64,000 nucleotides of DNA from Candidatus Latescibacterota bacterium (GTDB lineage: Bacteria; Latescibacterota; CBDEFO01): assembly GCA_965248755.1 (NCBI GenBank), contig OZ252149.1, forward strand, positions 3,264,001-3,328,000, given 5' to 3'. Below, piece after piece: positions 52,376 through 61,635 of the stretch (position 1 is its first letter; every line of letters starts with the position of its first letter). The notes beneath the pieces are model-generated. The model searched no databases. It was given only the letters and a program-made list of their open reading frames with translations, and was not told the DNA's origin. The translations under genes were made by a program, and so were the position numbers.

Positions 52376-53470
52376 ATGCTCCAAGAAGCAATCTATCCGA
52401 ATGATCAGAAAGCCTTGAAGGTTTCTGCAGAGAGATCGGAGGTGTTACTCAAGTCGGATGAGATCTTGAACTTCCCCCGCATTATTGAACTTGCAGGGGA
52501 CAGTTTGGCCCTCCCTTATGGTCGGGGAAGGCATCTGGGGGATGAGACGCGCCCCGTCGCCATCTCCCATGATTTTGGGGTGACATGGGTGGACCTACCT
52601 CCCGACCACCCTATCGCTGATAACGTGGAAACCTCGGGAATTCTGGGTTACTTGAAGGACGACACCATCGCCTACATAGATGTATATCCGCTGAATTTAG
52701 AGCGTTCCCGTGCTGATGAACCATATCATCGGGGGAAGGTGAAAGATCCGGTATTCAGGCTCCGCCGATTCTCCACGAAGGCGGAGTTGCTCGAAGATTC
52801 TACTTTCAAAGTATTGAATCTTCCCTGGGAGACGGCCGCATACCAACTCTACGGTACCCTCTTGGAACTGGAGAACGGCGATCTTTTGACCGCATTTCTA
52901 GGCATGCCATCTGAAACGCGCTACAACTCCACGAACTTTATCGCCCGGTCCACCGACGGCGGTAAGACCTTTGAACACGTATGCACCCTTAACACCGAGA
53001 TAGATGGCAAACCGGTAGGTGAGGGAGGGCTTTCCGAGCCGGACATGGAAGTGCTGGCTAACGGTGAGATCCTGTGCATCATGCGCACCGGTTCGGGGTC
53101 ACCCATGTACCAGTGCAGATCCACGGACGGCGGCTGGACGTGGAGCGAGCCGGTGTCTGTAGGATGGCCGGGTGTAAAACCTCACCTGCGGCTTCTGGCC
53201 AATGGAATCCTCGCGTGCACTTCCGGACGCGGGGTATACGGACATCCACAGGTTACCTTTGCCATGTTCAGCTTAGATGGTACGGGAGAAGTGTGGGAGC
53301 ACCCCTTTGTTTTCCATACCGGGCCAGGCTGTTCGTATACGTCCAACATGGAGCGTGACGGCAAGTTCTACGTTGTCTATTCCCACTCCTCGTTTACAGA
53401 GCCAGCCGACACATACGGACTCCCGTATCACGCCATCAAATGGGTTGTCCTTAACTTGGAAATTCACTAA
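52376..53470 (+). CDS. Sialidase-like BNR/Asp-box propeller protein
   Basis: Asp boxes SHDFGVTW, STDGGKTF, STDGGWTW. Confidence 0.8.
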   Translation: MLQEAIYPNDQKALKVSAERSEVLLKSDEILNFPRIIELAGDSLALPYGRGRHLGDETRPVAISHDFGVTWVDLPPDHPIADNVETSGILGYLKDDTIAYIDVYPLNLERSRADEPYHRGKVKDPVFRLRRFSTKAELLEDSTFKVLNLPWETAAYQLYGTLLELENGDLLTAFLGMPSETRYNSTNFIARSTDGGKTFEHVCTLNTEIDGKPVGEGGLSEPDMEVLANGEILCIMRTGSGSPMYQCRSTDGGWTWSEPVSVGWPGVKPHLRLLANGILACTSGRGVYGHPQVTFAMFSLDGTGEVWEHPFVFHTGPGCSYTSNMERDGKFYVVYSHSSFTEPADTYGLPYHAIKWVVLNLEIH

Positions 53471-53665
53471 ACGTCAGTGGTATTCTTTCCGGAGGATGGA
53501 CTTATTCTCGTATATTTACCCCTGATCCGCCCCGATAGATTCAATTGGGGGTTGACATTGACTTATCTCCTGCGTTATCTTATTTCATGAGCTTAGGACT
53601 GATCCAGGTCAGCCTTTTAGATGTCGAACGCCACTTAGAGAATGTGGGACATAATAAGCGAAGGC

Positions 53666-53740
53666 GCTGAAAGCGGAGGCGCTCAAAGCTGAGGTGCTCA
53701 AAGCTGAGGTGCTCAAAGCTGAGGTGCTCAAAGCTGAGGA
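53666..53740 (+). repeat. 15-bp tandem repeat GCTCAAAGCTGAGGT x4 plus one degenerate copy
   Basis: Directly visible; the last unit ends in the GAGGA RBS of the next gene. Confidence 0.95.
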
Positions 53741-53748
53741 TAACAAGT

Positions 53749-54507
53749 ATGAGGACTAATCGCATCAAAGAAAAATTTAGAAATGGACAGGCCGTAGTGG
53801 GCATAGAAATAGGTATACCGAATCCTATACTTGTGAACGCCCTCTCCAAGGTGGGCTTTGATTTTATGATGCTGGATATGGAGCACACATCCATAGATAG
53901 GGCTGTTCTGCCCTCTTTGATTATAGCCCTGGAAGCGTCAGAGACAGAGGCGATCGTACGAGTTCCGTGGAACGATTTTGTGATAGTAAAGCAGGTTCTG
54001 GACTCCGGAGTTTATAACGTGATCTTCCCTATGATAAACTCGGCCGAGGAGGCTCGTCAGGCAGTTGCAGCAACCAGATATCCGCCCGATGGGATAAGGG
54101 GCAGCGGACCCTGGCTCTCATCGGGATATTATGCCTATCCCGCCGAATATATGAAAAGAGCCAACGATGAAGTCGGGGTTTTCGTCCAGATAGAGCATCA
54201 GAAGGCTGTGGACAACATGGAGGAGATTCTGTCCGTGGAGGGAGTTGATGGGACGTTCTGCGGGCCTTCCGATCTGAGTTTTTCGCTGGGCAAATTCCCG
54301 GGGGAGGCAGTTGAAGAGGTCAGAGAGAGATTCGAAAGGGTCCTGGAGGTGTGCCAGAAGCATAACGTAGCCTTCGGCTTGGCTTCTGGAGATCCTGATA
54401 ACGCTAACTTCTGGCTTGAAAGAGGGGCTAAGCTAGTGACCCTCGGAGGGGACATGGGATTTGCGCTGGACGGCGCAAGGAAGGCGTTAGAGGCTGTAGC
54501 GAGCTAA
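53749..54507 (+). CDS. HpcH/HpaI-family class II aldolase
   Basis: LDMEH, VRVP, RYPP.G.RG, QIE, GPSDLS. Confidence 0.92.
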   Translation: MRTNRIKEKFRNGQAVVGIEIGIPNPILVNALSKVGFDFMMLDMEHTSIDRAVLPSLIIALEASETEAIVRVPWNDFVIVKQVLDSGVYNVIFPMINSAEEARQAVAATRYPPDGIRGSGPWLSSGYYAYPAEYMKRANDEVGVFVQIEHQKAVDNMEEILSVEGVDGTFCGPSDLSFSLGKFPGEAVEEVRERFERVLEVCQKHNVAFGLASGDPDNANFWLERGAKLVTLGGDMGFALDGARKALEAVAS

Positions 54508-54616
54508 ATTACAGCGGGGAAAACGCCTCGATAGTGGCTGAAAACTCTGCTTTGAAACGCATGTAACAGACTACACGGGCGCGGTGGGCGCTCTGTTGGG
54601 GAGGAGGCGACAGCAT

Positions 54617-55525
54617 ATGAAGTGGATCCATATCACCGACATGCAATTCGGTCAGGTACCAAACGCTGAAGAACAGAACAGACTCAATGAGGAACTTATC
54701 GCAAGGGTGCGGAATCAAAAACCCGACTTTGTGGTCAACTCGGGCGACCTCGTGAGTCATATGGAAGGTTTCCAGCCCGGTGTTCGCGATGAAGACAAGT
54801 TTGTCGCACAGTGCTGGCGGGATTATCATCGAGTGATTGACCCACTTGCTGGAGAATGCCCCGTCTTATGTTGTCCAGGAAATCACGACCAGACGCGCCC
54901 GGGCCGGTCGTTAGAGAACTACTGCAAAAACGTCGGACGCACGGGCCAACCGCCCTACTTCGCCAAGACGTTCGGCGATATTCACGTGGTGATGCTGGAC
55001 CAGGTGCTGCGCACAGGAGAGCACGATTGGGAGGACAACGTTACAACCCGCCTCAGTCATATGGGAGGCTTCCTGCCTGGCTCCGCGCAGGACCGTTGGC
55101 TGCACCGCCACCTGTCGAAGGCGCGCCGCGCACGGGTGAAGATTGCCGTGGGACACTGGCCTATCTTTGCCCCCCGCACTGTGTATCACGACACCGACTC
55201 CTCGCTGCGCTACGACGAGATGACGAAGCATCCGGGGGTGCTGCTGCCGCAGTTGATCGAAGCGAGGTTCGATCTGTATCTGTGCGGGCATCACCACGTC
55301 TACGAGCGCAGCCGCCACCCTAAACTGATGCAAGTGAAGACAGGGGCCAATGGGATCGCGTTTCCGGGGGTTATGCGTAAGCCTAACCAATATTTTGAGA
55401 AGCACGATTATCGTCAGGGCTACACGCGCTTTGTGTATGACTTTTCGGCTAACAAGATCCACGGGGAGGCCGTTGCCCTGGACGGTGACATTATGGACGC
55501 CTGGTCGCAGAGCGTGAAAGGCTGA
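54617..55525 (+). CDS. Calcineurin-like metallophosphoesterase
   Basis: TDMQ, SGDL, GNHD, GHHH motifs; start moved to ATG 54617. Confidence 0.85.
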   Translation: MKWIHITDMQFGQVPNAEEQNRLNEELIARVRNQKPDFVVNSGDLVSHMEGFQPGVRDEDKFVAQCWRDYHRVIDPLAGECPVLCCPGNHDQTRPGRSLENYCKNVGRTGQPPYFAKTFGDIHVVMLDQVLRTGEHDWEDNVTTRLSHMGGFLPGSAQDRWLHRHLSKARRARVKIAVGHWPIFAPRTVYHDTDSSLRYDEMTKHPGVLLPQLIEARFDLYLCGHHHVYERSRHPKLMQVKTGANGIAFPGVMRKPNQYFEKHDYRQGYTRFVYDFSANKIHGEAVALDGDIMDAWSQSVKG

Positions 55526-55589
55526 CCGGATATTCGAGATGAAGCTGAAGCGATTCTATTACTAAGGAACCTAATAGAAAGGCAGATTG

Positions 55590-56477
55590 ATGAAGATTCA
55601 GATCGGTTCTGCTCCAGATTCATGGGGTGTCTGGTTTCCCGATGATCCCAAGCAAACCCCATGGTATAGATTCCTGGATGAAGTGGTCGAAGCTGGGTAC
55701 GAATGGATAGAGTTGGGTCCCTACGGGTATCTGCCACAAGATCCATCCACACTCCGCGGTGAACTCGAAGAGCGCGGCCTGAAGGCCTGCGCATGTGTCG
55801 TGGAGGGCAATCTTGAAGAACCGTCAGCGTGGGCTGGCGTTGAAAGGCAGGTCCTGGGAGGAGGCGAGCTGGCAGCCGCGTTGGATGGGAAGGTTTTAGT
55901 GTTGATCGACGACGCGTACGAGGATCTTCACACGGGCCAGCCGACCGGGCCCACGCGTCTGGATGAGGGTGCCTGGGGGCGCTTAATCGACACCACGCAG
56001 AAGATTGCAGAAATTGCACGCGATCGCTTTTGTCTCAAGCTGGCGTTTCACCCTAACCCAGGGACACACGTCGAGTACGAAGGCCAAATCGAAAAGTTGC
56101 TGGAGGAGACCGATCCAGACCTGGTGTCGCTCTGTCTGGATATCGGCCACCACGCCTACCGCGGTGGTGATCCTGTCGCCTTCATACGCCGCTATCACCG
56201 GCGCATCTGTCATCTCCATATCAAGAATATCAAAATGGAGATCCTGAAGAAAGTCCAGTCCGAAGGGATCCACTTCGCAAAGGCAGTGGCGATGGGAATA
56301 TTCTGCGGGCCAAACGAGGGTATAGTGGATTTTCTGGCTGTGCGTGATGTCCTTCGGGAAATCGACTACAACGGCTTTGGGATTGTCGAACAGGACATGT
56401 ATCCGGCACCATTCGACAAGCCGCTGCCCATTGCCAAACGCAGTCGTGCTTATCTGCGTGAAACAGGAATCGGATGA
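55590..56477 (+). CDS. iolE: 2-keto-myo-inositol dehydratase-like TIM-barrel enzyme
   Basis: APDSWGVWF, ELGPYGYLP, LDIGH, HIK, VEQDMYP. Confidence 0.75.
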   Translation: MKIQIGSAPDSWGVWFPDDPKQTPWYRFLDEVVEAGYEWIELGPYGYLPQDPSTLRGELEERGLKACACVVEGNLEEPSAWAGVERQVLGGGELAAALDGKVLVLIDDAYEDLHTGQPTGPTRLDEGAWGRLIDTTQKIAEIARDRFCLKLAFHPNPGTHVEYEGQIEKLLEETDPDLVSLCLDIGHHAYRGGDPVAFIRRYHRRICHLHIKNIKMEILKKVQSEGIHFAKAVAMGIFCGPNEGIVDFLAVRDVLREIDYNGFGIVEQDMYPAPFDKPLPIAKRSRAYLRETGIG

Positions 56478-56621
56478 TTGTTGTTTTGAGCGCCTGTTTT
56501 AGGTTTGTCCCTGATCCCCGATAGATTCATTCGGGGACAATTGGGGATTCAATCGGGGATCGGGGAAAGGGAAATGAGCAAGCTTAGTTATCTGATAACA
56601 TAGAAAAGAGGAGGTGACACT

Positions 56622-58091
56622 ATGACTCCCCCGGTGGTACCTATCCTGGTTGGCGACAAGTGGTCCCAACCTAAAGTGACACAATTAGACAAGGTCTACA
56701 ATCCCTCCACAGGCGAAGTCATCGCCCAGATCCCGATGTGCGGGGCCAGGGAAGTAGATATAGCTGTAGAGGCAGCCCGCAAAGCCTTTATCTCCTGGGC
56801 CAAGACACCAGCTCTTTCAAGAGCGCGTGTTCTGTTCCGCTACCGGGAACTGTTAGAAGCGAACTTTTCTGAACTCATCCTGATCATATGCAGGGAAAAC
56901 GGGAAGACCCTTGAAGAAGCCAAGGGTGACATGCGCCGAGGCCTGGAAGTAGTCGAATTCGCCTGCAATATTGCCCACCTGACCAAAGGCGAGAATTTGC
57001 CCCAGGTGGCCGAGGGAATAGATGGACAGACTATGCGAGAGCCCATCGGGGTATGCGCCGGCATAACGCCCTTTAACTTCCCCGCCATGGTGCCCATGTG
57101 GATGTTTCCAATGGCTATTGCCTGCGGCAACACCTTTATTCTCAAGCCCAGCGAAAAGGTGCCCCTGACGGCCAACAGGCTGGCGGAAATCTTCATTGAG
57201 GCCGGGCTTCCGGAAGGTGTGTTCAATATTGTGCACGGCGGTGTGGACGTAGTGGACGCGATCTGCACCCATCCGGGTATATCCGCCATCAGTTTTGTAG
57301 GTTCGTCGCCCGTTGCCCAGCACGTCTACGAGCTGGGTTGTAAACATGGCAAACGGGTGCAGTCAGCAGGCGGCGCGAAAAACGTACTCCTGGTCATGCC
57401 GGATGCCGATCCGGATCCAACCGTGCAGGCCATAATGGGGTCTGCCTTTGGGTGTGCCGGGCAACGATGTATGGCGGGGTCGCTACTAATGGGCGTCGGT
57501 AAGGCAGGAAAGCCACTTCTGGAGCAGGTTGTCGCCGCGATGGACAACATTAAGGTGGACGATACGGTCGCTAACCCAGAGGCCCAGATGGGGCCGGTGA
57601 TAAATGGTCGGGCCCGGGATCGAATCTTCTCCTACATCGACGGGGCTGCGGACCAGGGAATAGGGGTAGTGGGGGATGGCCGGAATCGCATCCCCGACAG
57701 GGGCTTTTTCGTAAGTCCTACTCTGTTCGACGAGGTTACTCCGCAGCAACCAGTCTTCTACGAAGAAATTTTCGGACCGGTTTTGTCCATGATGCATCCC
57801 TCTTCCCTCGGCGAAGCGATTGAGTGGTTCAACCGCATTCCTTATGGCAACGCTGCCACCATCTTTACGAGCAGCGGGAGCGCAGCAAGGCAGTTTGCTA
57901 TGGGGGTAAAATGCGGGATGATCGGCGTCAATCTGGGCGTCCCTGCTCCTGTGGCCTTGTTTTCATTCTCAGGCTGGGACCAGTCTTTTTACGGCGATCT
58001 GCACTGCCAGGGCACGGAAGGCGTAATGTTTTATACCCGGCAGAAGATCGTGCTGTCGCGCTGGCAAGCAAGTGATGAGTTCTTTTTTTGA
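56622..58091 (+). CDS. iolA: CoA-acylating (methyl)malonate-semialdehyde dehydrogenase
   Basis: ITPFNFPAMVPMW, LKPSE, SFVGS, FGCAGQRCMA, EEIFGPV, GVPAP. Confidence 0.9.
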   Translation: MTPPVVPILVGDKWSQPKVTQLDKVYNPSTGEVIAQIPMCGAREVDIAVEAARKAFISWAKTPALSRARVLFRYRELLEANFSELILIICRENGKTLEEAKGDMRRGLEVVEFACNIAHLTKGENLPQVAEGIDGQTMREPIGVCAGITPFNFPAMVPMWMFPMAIACGNTFILKPSEKVPLTANRLAEIFIEAGLPEGVFNIVHGGVDVVDAICTHPGISAISFVGSSPVAQHVYELGCKHGKRVQSAGGAKNVLLVMPDADPDPTVQAIMGSAFGCAGQRCMAGSLLMGVGKAGKPLLEQVVAAMDNIKVDDTVANPEAQMGPVINGRARDRIFSYIDGAADQGIGVVGDGRNRIPDRGFFVSPTLFDEVTPQQPVFYEEIFGPVLSMMHPSSLGEAIEWFNRIPYGNAATIFTSSGSAARQFAMGVKCGMIGVNLGVPAPVALFSFSGWDQSFYGDLHCQGTEGVMFYTRQKIVLSRWQASDEFFF

Positions 58092-58156
58092 ACTTAGTAA
58101 TGAAGAAAGCCGAAGCCCGTCAAACCAAGCTTGGGCTTTTATATCGCCCAATGAAT

Positions 58157-58285
58157 GTAGGGGCAAACCCTGGGGTAGTGGACAGAGGGATATGGCAATA
58201 AACCGCGAAGTGGTTCGCCCGATTTATCCGCATTTTCAGGGGCAGACACACGTCCCCGATAGAAGCAATCGGGGACTGTCCCTAC
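58157..58285. repeat. GTAGGGGC-type REP doublet with nested family C palindrome
   Basis: GTAGGGGCAAACCC ... GGGCAGACACAC[CCCCGATAGAAGCAATCGGGG]CTGTCCCTAC. Confidence 0.6.
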
Positions 58286-58300
58286 AGATGGTAGTAAAGT

Positions 58301-58612
58301 CTACCTCATCAAGACCAGTTTCCTTGTCTGCACAAATCTCTTCGAGCCATCCATCGCTATCCGATAGAAATAAACTCCGCTGGCAAGTCTGTTTCCATTA
58401 TTATCTTTTCCATCCCAGACTATAGAGTGGCTACCTGCATCCATCTCCTTATTCACCAGTGTCGCAACCTTCTGACCTACTATATTGAAGAGAGATATAG
58501 TAACGTGGCTTTGGATAGGAAGATCGTAGTGAATCAGCGTCGGGGGGTTGAACGGATTGAGATAATTCTGGGAGAGGGCGTAAGTTTCGGGAATGGAGGA
58601 TTCAGCCAGTTC
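58301..58612 (-). pseudogene. Orphan FlgD/T9SS-like C-terminal domain fragment
   Basis: IPETYALSQNYLNPFNP /frameshift/ IHYDLP...ASGVYFYR...QTRKLVLMR*; no upstream gene body. Confidence 0.8.
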
Positions 58613-58716
58613 CCTTAAATATACTTTTGACTTTAGTGGGTTTTTTGTTTATTTTTGTATTTGGAACTTATACGAGACTGACGGGGGATAGTCGAAAGTG
58701 AAGATTGGTAAGCAAG

Positions 58717-59280
58717 ATGTCTAAAACGCTAATCTTAATCTCCCTATTCTTGACCGCTGCCTTAGAGGCATCGGACTTTGAGCCAAACGCTGATGTAAAA
58801 ATAGAAAAGTATGAGGGCATATACTACGTAGAGGGCAGGTTTCAGATACCCGCTCCCGATCGGATAGTGTGGGAGGTGATAACGGACTATGATAACCTGG
58901 AGACCTTTGTGCCGGATGTGGTCAGCAGTGACTCCCTGGGATTTGACAGCGATGGGAGTATCCTTCTGGATCAAGTGGGAATAGCAAAGTTTTTCTTCTT
59001 CAGCCGTAAGATTCATGGACTCCTTGTGGTGAAGGAAGATTTTTTGCTCGGTATAACTTTTCGGCAGAAAGAGGGAGATTTCAAGCTCTATGAGGGCAGC
59101 TGGGGATTGGAAAGAGCGGATAAGGGTTCGGTTTTAACCTATTCTCTTAAAGCCAGACCAGATTTTTTCGTTCCCGGATTTCTGTTGAAGGGTCTATTGA
59201 AGAAAAAAGTTGTCGACTCTCTCAAATCTATAGCTCTTGAAACATACAGGCGTTTAAGTGTTCAAGAAGGATCGAATTAG
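58717..59280 (+). CDS. SRPBCC (polyketide cyclase/dehydrase) family protein
   Basis: VWEVITDYDNL..FVP, EGDFK.YEGSW; signal-like N-terminus. Confidence 0.82.
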   Translation: MSKTLILISLFLTAALEASDFEPNADVKIEKYEGIYYVEGRFQIPAPDRIVWEVITDYDNLETFVPDVVSSDSLGFDSDGSILLDQVGIAKFFFFSRKIHGLLVVKEDFLLGITFRQKEGDFKLYEGSWGLERADKGSVLTYSLKARPDFFVPGFLLKGLLKKKVVDSLKSIALETYRRLSVQEGSN

Positions 59281-59443
59281 TTGGAAAAGATACGAGAATT
59301 CAGGTTCTAAGCAAGAGTATCCAATAACATGTATTTCCCTTGACAAAGTCTGGAATATTTAGCTTAATATTTGTAATCGGAATCAACCAATATGCCTGGA
59401 CCGATGGAATCTATGAACCGGAAGACATAGGATAGAATAGATC

Positions 59444-61237
59444 ATGGCTTACAGGATTCCTGACGAATTGGTAGAGAGGATCAAAGATTCGGTTGATATT
59501 GTAGAAGTGGTGTCCGATTATGTCTCCCTGCAAAAGAAAGGGCGTAATTTCTCCGCTCTTTGTCCCTTCCACGCTGAAAAGACCCCTTCCTTCAGCGTAA
59601 GTCTGGAAAAACAGATGTACTATTGTTTCGGCTGCGGCTCTGGAGGAAACGTCTTTTCGTTCCTAATGGAGCTTGAGAAGGTGAGCTTTTTTGAGGCGCT
59701 AAGGTCTCTATCAGAAAGGACTGGGATTAGCCTGCCATCTGTCGGAAGGGGTGAGAAGGCTTCCAATGACGATCTATATAGAGCCAATCAACTGGCAAAG
59801 GACTATTTCTGCCATCTTCTATGTAAGGACAAACGTAGCGAGGGTGCGCGTGCCTATCTGAGGGAGAGGGGATTGTCCGAAGAGACAGTTCAAAGATTCT
59901 CTTTGGGCTATTCTCTTCCAGATTGGGACGATCTTCTGAAACAAGCGCAAAAGCGAGGGCTTTCAAGAGAGATCCTGGCAAGAGCGGGATTGGCAATTGC
60001 GAGGAAGGACGGCGGCTTTTACGACAGATTCAGAGAAAGGATTACGTTTCCCATCGTGGGGATAAGCGGAAAAGTTACAGGCTTCGGCGCGAGGACTTTG
60101 GACGACGATCAGGAGCCCAAGTATCTCAACTCTCCCGATACGGAAATATATCACAAGGGATCAGTCCTGTACGGCCTCCATCAGGCCAAGGATTCCATAA
60201 GGAAAGAGGGGTCTGCGATAGTTGTGGAGGGATATATGGACCTCATAAGGCTCGTTCAGGAGGGGATAGATAACGCAGTTGCGTCTTCGGGGACCGCTTT
60301 TACTTACGAACAGGCCAGATTGCTATCGCGCTATACAGACAGAGTAATCATAGTTTATGACTCTGATGCCGCCGGCTCTTCGGCGTCTTTGAGGGGGATG
60401 GATGTCCTGCTGGGATCTGACCTTACCCCTGAGATAGTTTCCCTACCGATGGGATATGACCCTGACAGTTTCATAAAGGATAGAGGAAAAGATAGCTTTT
60501 ATGATCACCTGAATAATGCGAGCTATTTTCTGGACTACAAGATAGATCTTATGAAAAAAGAGGGGTTGCTCTCACATGTGGAGGGGAAAACCAAGGCCTT
60601 GAATTCTCTATCTGAGAGCGTGTCCAAGGTTAAGGACGAGATAAAGAGGAATCTCTTGATAAAGGGGATAGCTGACGAGTTCAGCGTGGATGAAAAGACT
60701 CTGTACAGGGCCGTCGGGAGGATAATTGACAAATCGAAAAGGAGGACAGCCAAAAAGACAGAATCAGATGAAATAGAAGATGTGACCGTCTCAGAACCCA
60801 AATGGGAAAGAGAACTTTTGAAGATAATGATAAACTGCAAGCATGCCGTCAGAGAGGCAAAGGATCTGATAGCTCCGGAGGATTTTACGGAGAAATCGCA
60901 CAGACAGATAGCAAGTCTGATATTTAAAGCGTCAGAAAGGGGTGTAGACGTCGGCGTAGTGACTGTGGGCGAGGATTCAAGAGACTCAAAACTTGCAAAG
61001 CTGATCTCAAAGATATCTTTGGAGGACTTCGATGAATCTCAGATAGAACAGTCTTTAGATGACCATATACGAAGACTTCAGCGAAAGTCTATAGAAAAGA
61101 GGATAGAAGAGCTCGAAGCAAAGATTAAAGAGGCTGAAAATGAAGGAAACGATAAGAAAGTAACAGAGCTCCTTCGAGAGCATGTCGCTTTGGACAGGAG
61201 AAAACGCTCTCTTATCGATATTAAAAAAACATCTTGA
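59444..61237 (+). CDS. dnaG: DNA primase
   Basis: CPFH.EKTPSF, CFGC, DRFR, PKYLNSP, VEGYMD, YDSDAAG, DPD. Confidence 0.98.
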   Translation: MAYRIPDELVERIKDSVDIVEVVSDYVSLQKKGRNFSALCPFHAEKTPSFSVSLEKQMYYCFGCGSGGNVFSFLMELEKVSFFEALRSLSERTGISLPSVGRGEKASNDDLYRANQLAKDYFCHLLCKDKRSEGARAYLRERGLSEETVQRFSLGYSLPDWDDLLKQAQKRGLSREILARAGLAIARKDGGFYDRFRERITFPIVGISGKVTGFGARTLDDDQEPKYLNSPDTEIYHKGSVLYGLHQAKDSIRKEGSAIVVEGYMDLIRLVQEGIDNAVASSGTAFTYEQARLLSRYTDRVIIVYDSDAAGSSASLRGMDVLLGSDLTPEIVSLPMGYDPDSFIKDRGKDSFYDHLNNASYFLDYKIDLMKKEGLLSHVEGKTKALNSLSESVSKVKDEIKRNLLIKGIADEFSVDEKTLYRAVGRIIDKSKRRTAKKTESDEIEDVTVSEPKWERELLKIMINCKHAVREAKDLIAPEDFTEKSHRQIASLIFKASERGVDVGVVTVGEDSRDSKLAKLISKISLEDFDESQIEQSLDDHIRRLQRKSIEKRIEELEAKIKEAENEGNDKKVTELLREHVALDRRKRSLIDIKKTS

Positions 61238-61271
61238 AATTTTGATCGGGATTTGTTAAATTATAAAGTGT

Positions 61272-61348
61272 GGGTCCATAGCTCAGTCGGTTAGAGCAAC
61301 TGACTCATAATCAGTAGGTCCTAGGTTCGAGTCCTAGTGGACCCACCA
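61272..61348 (+). tRNA. tRNA with CAT anticodon, probably tRNA-Ile2
   Basis: Cloverleaf GGGTCCA/TGGACCC, loop CTCATAA, encoded CCA; the body resembles Ile2 rather than Met. Confidence 0.9.
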
Positions 61349-61404
61349 AAATATATACTTCAAGGAGAAGGTCATATAGAATGTTTTTTAAACGTGGCTG
61401 GCAG

Positions 61405-61481
61405 GGGCGGTTAGCTCAGCTGGTCAGAGCGCTGGTTTCACATACCAGAGGTCACTGGTTCGAGTCCAGTACCGCCCACCA
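61405..61481 (+). tRNA. tRNA-Val(CAC)
   Basis: GGGCGGT/ACCGCCC acceptor, loop TTCACAT, GTTCGAG, CCA. Confidence 0.95.
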
Positions 61482-61572
61482 TCTATATGAAAAGATAAGA
61501 CCGGGAGTCTGGCGAGGCGGTCTTTACAACGGCTATAAAGTCGGATTAATAAACATAAGTCGAGGGTTATAC

Positions 61573-61602
61573 AAAAGCGCACTTAGAGGGTGCGCTTTTT
61601 TT
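61573..61602 (+). terminator. Intrinsic terminator
   Basis: AAAAGCGCAC-loop-GTGCGCTTTTTTT. Confidence 0.8.
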
Positions 61603-61635
61603 ATGCTATCTTATGTAAATTTAAGGGGGTAGAGT

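Noticed and set aside
61272..61481. tRNAs as an integration site for an island
   Set aside because: No integrase and no duplicated tRNA 3' end seen in the window
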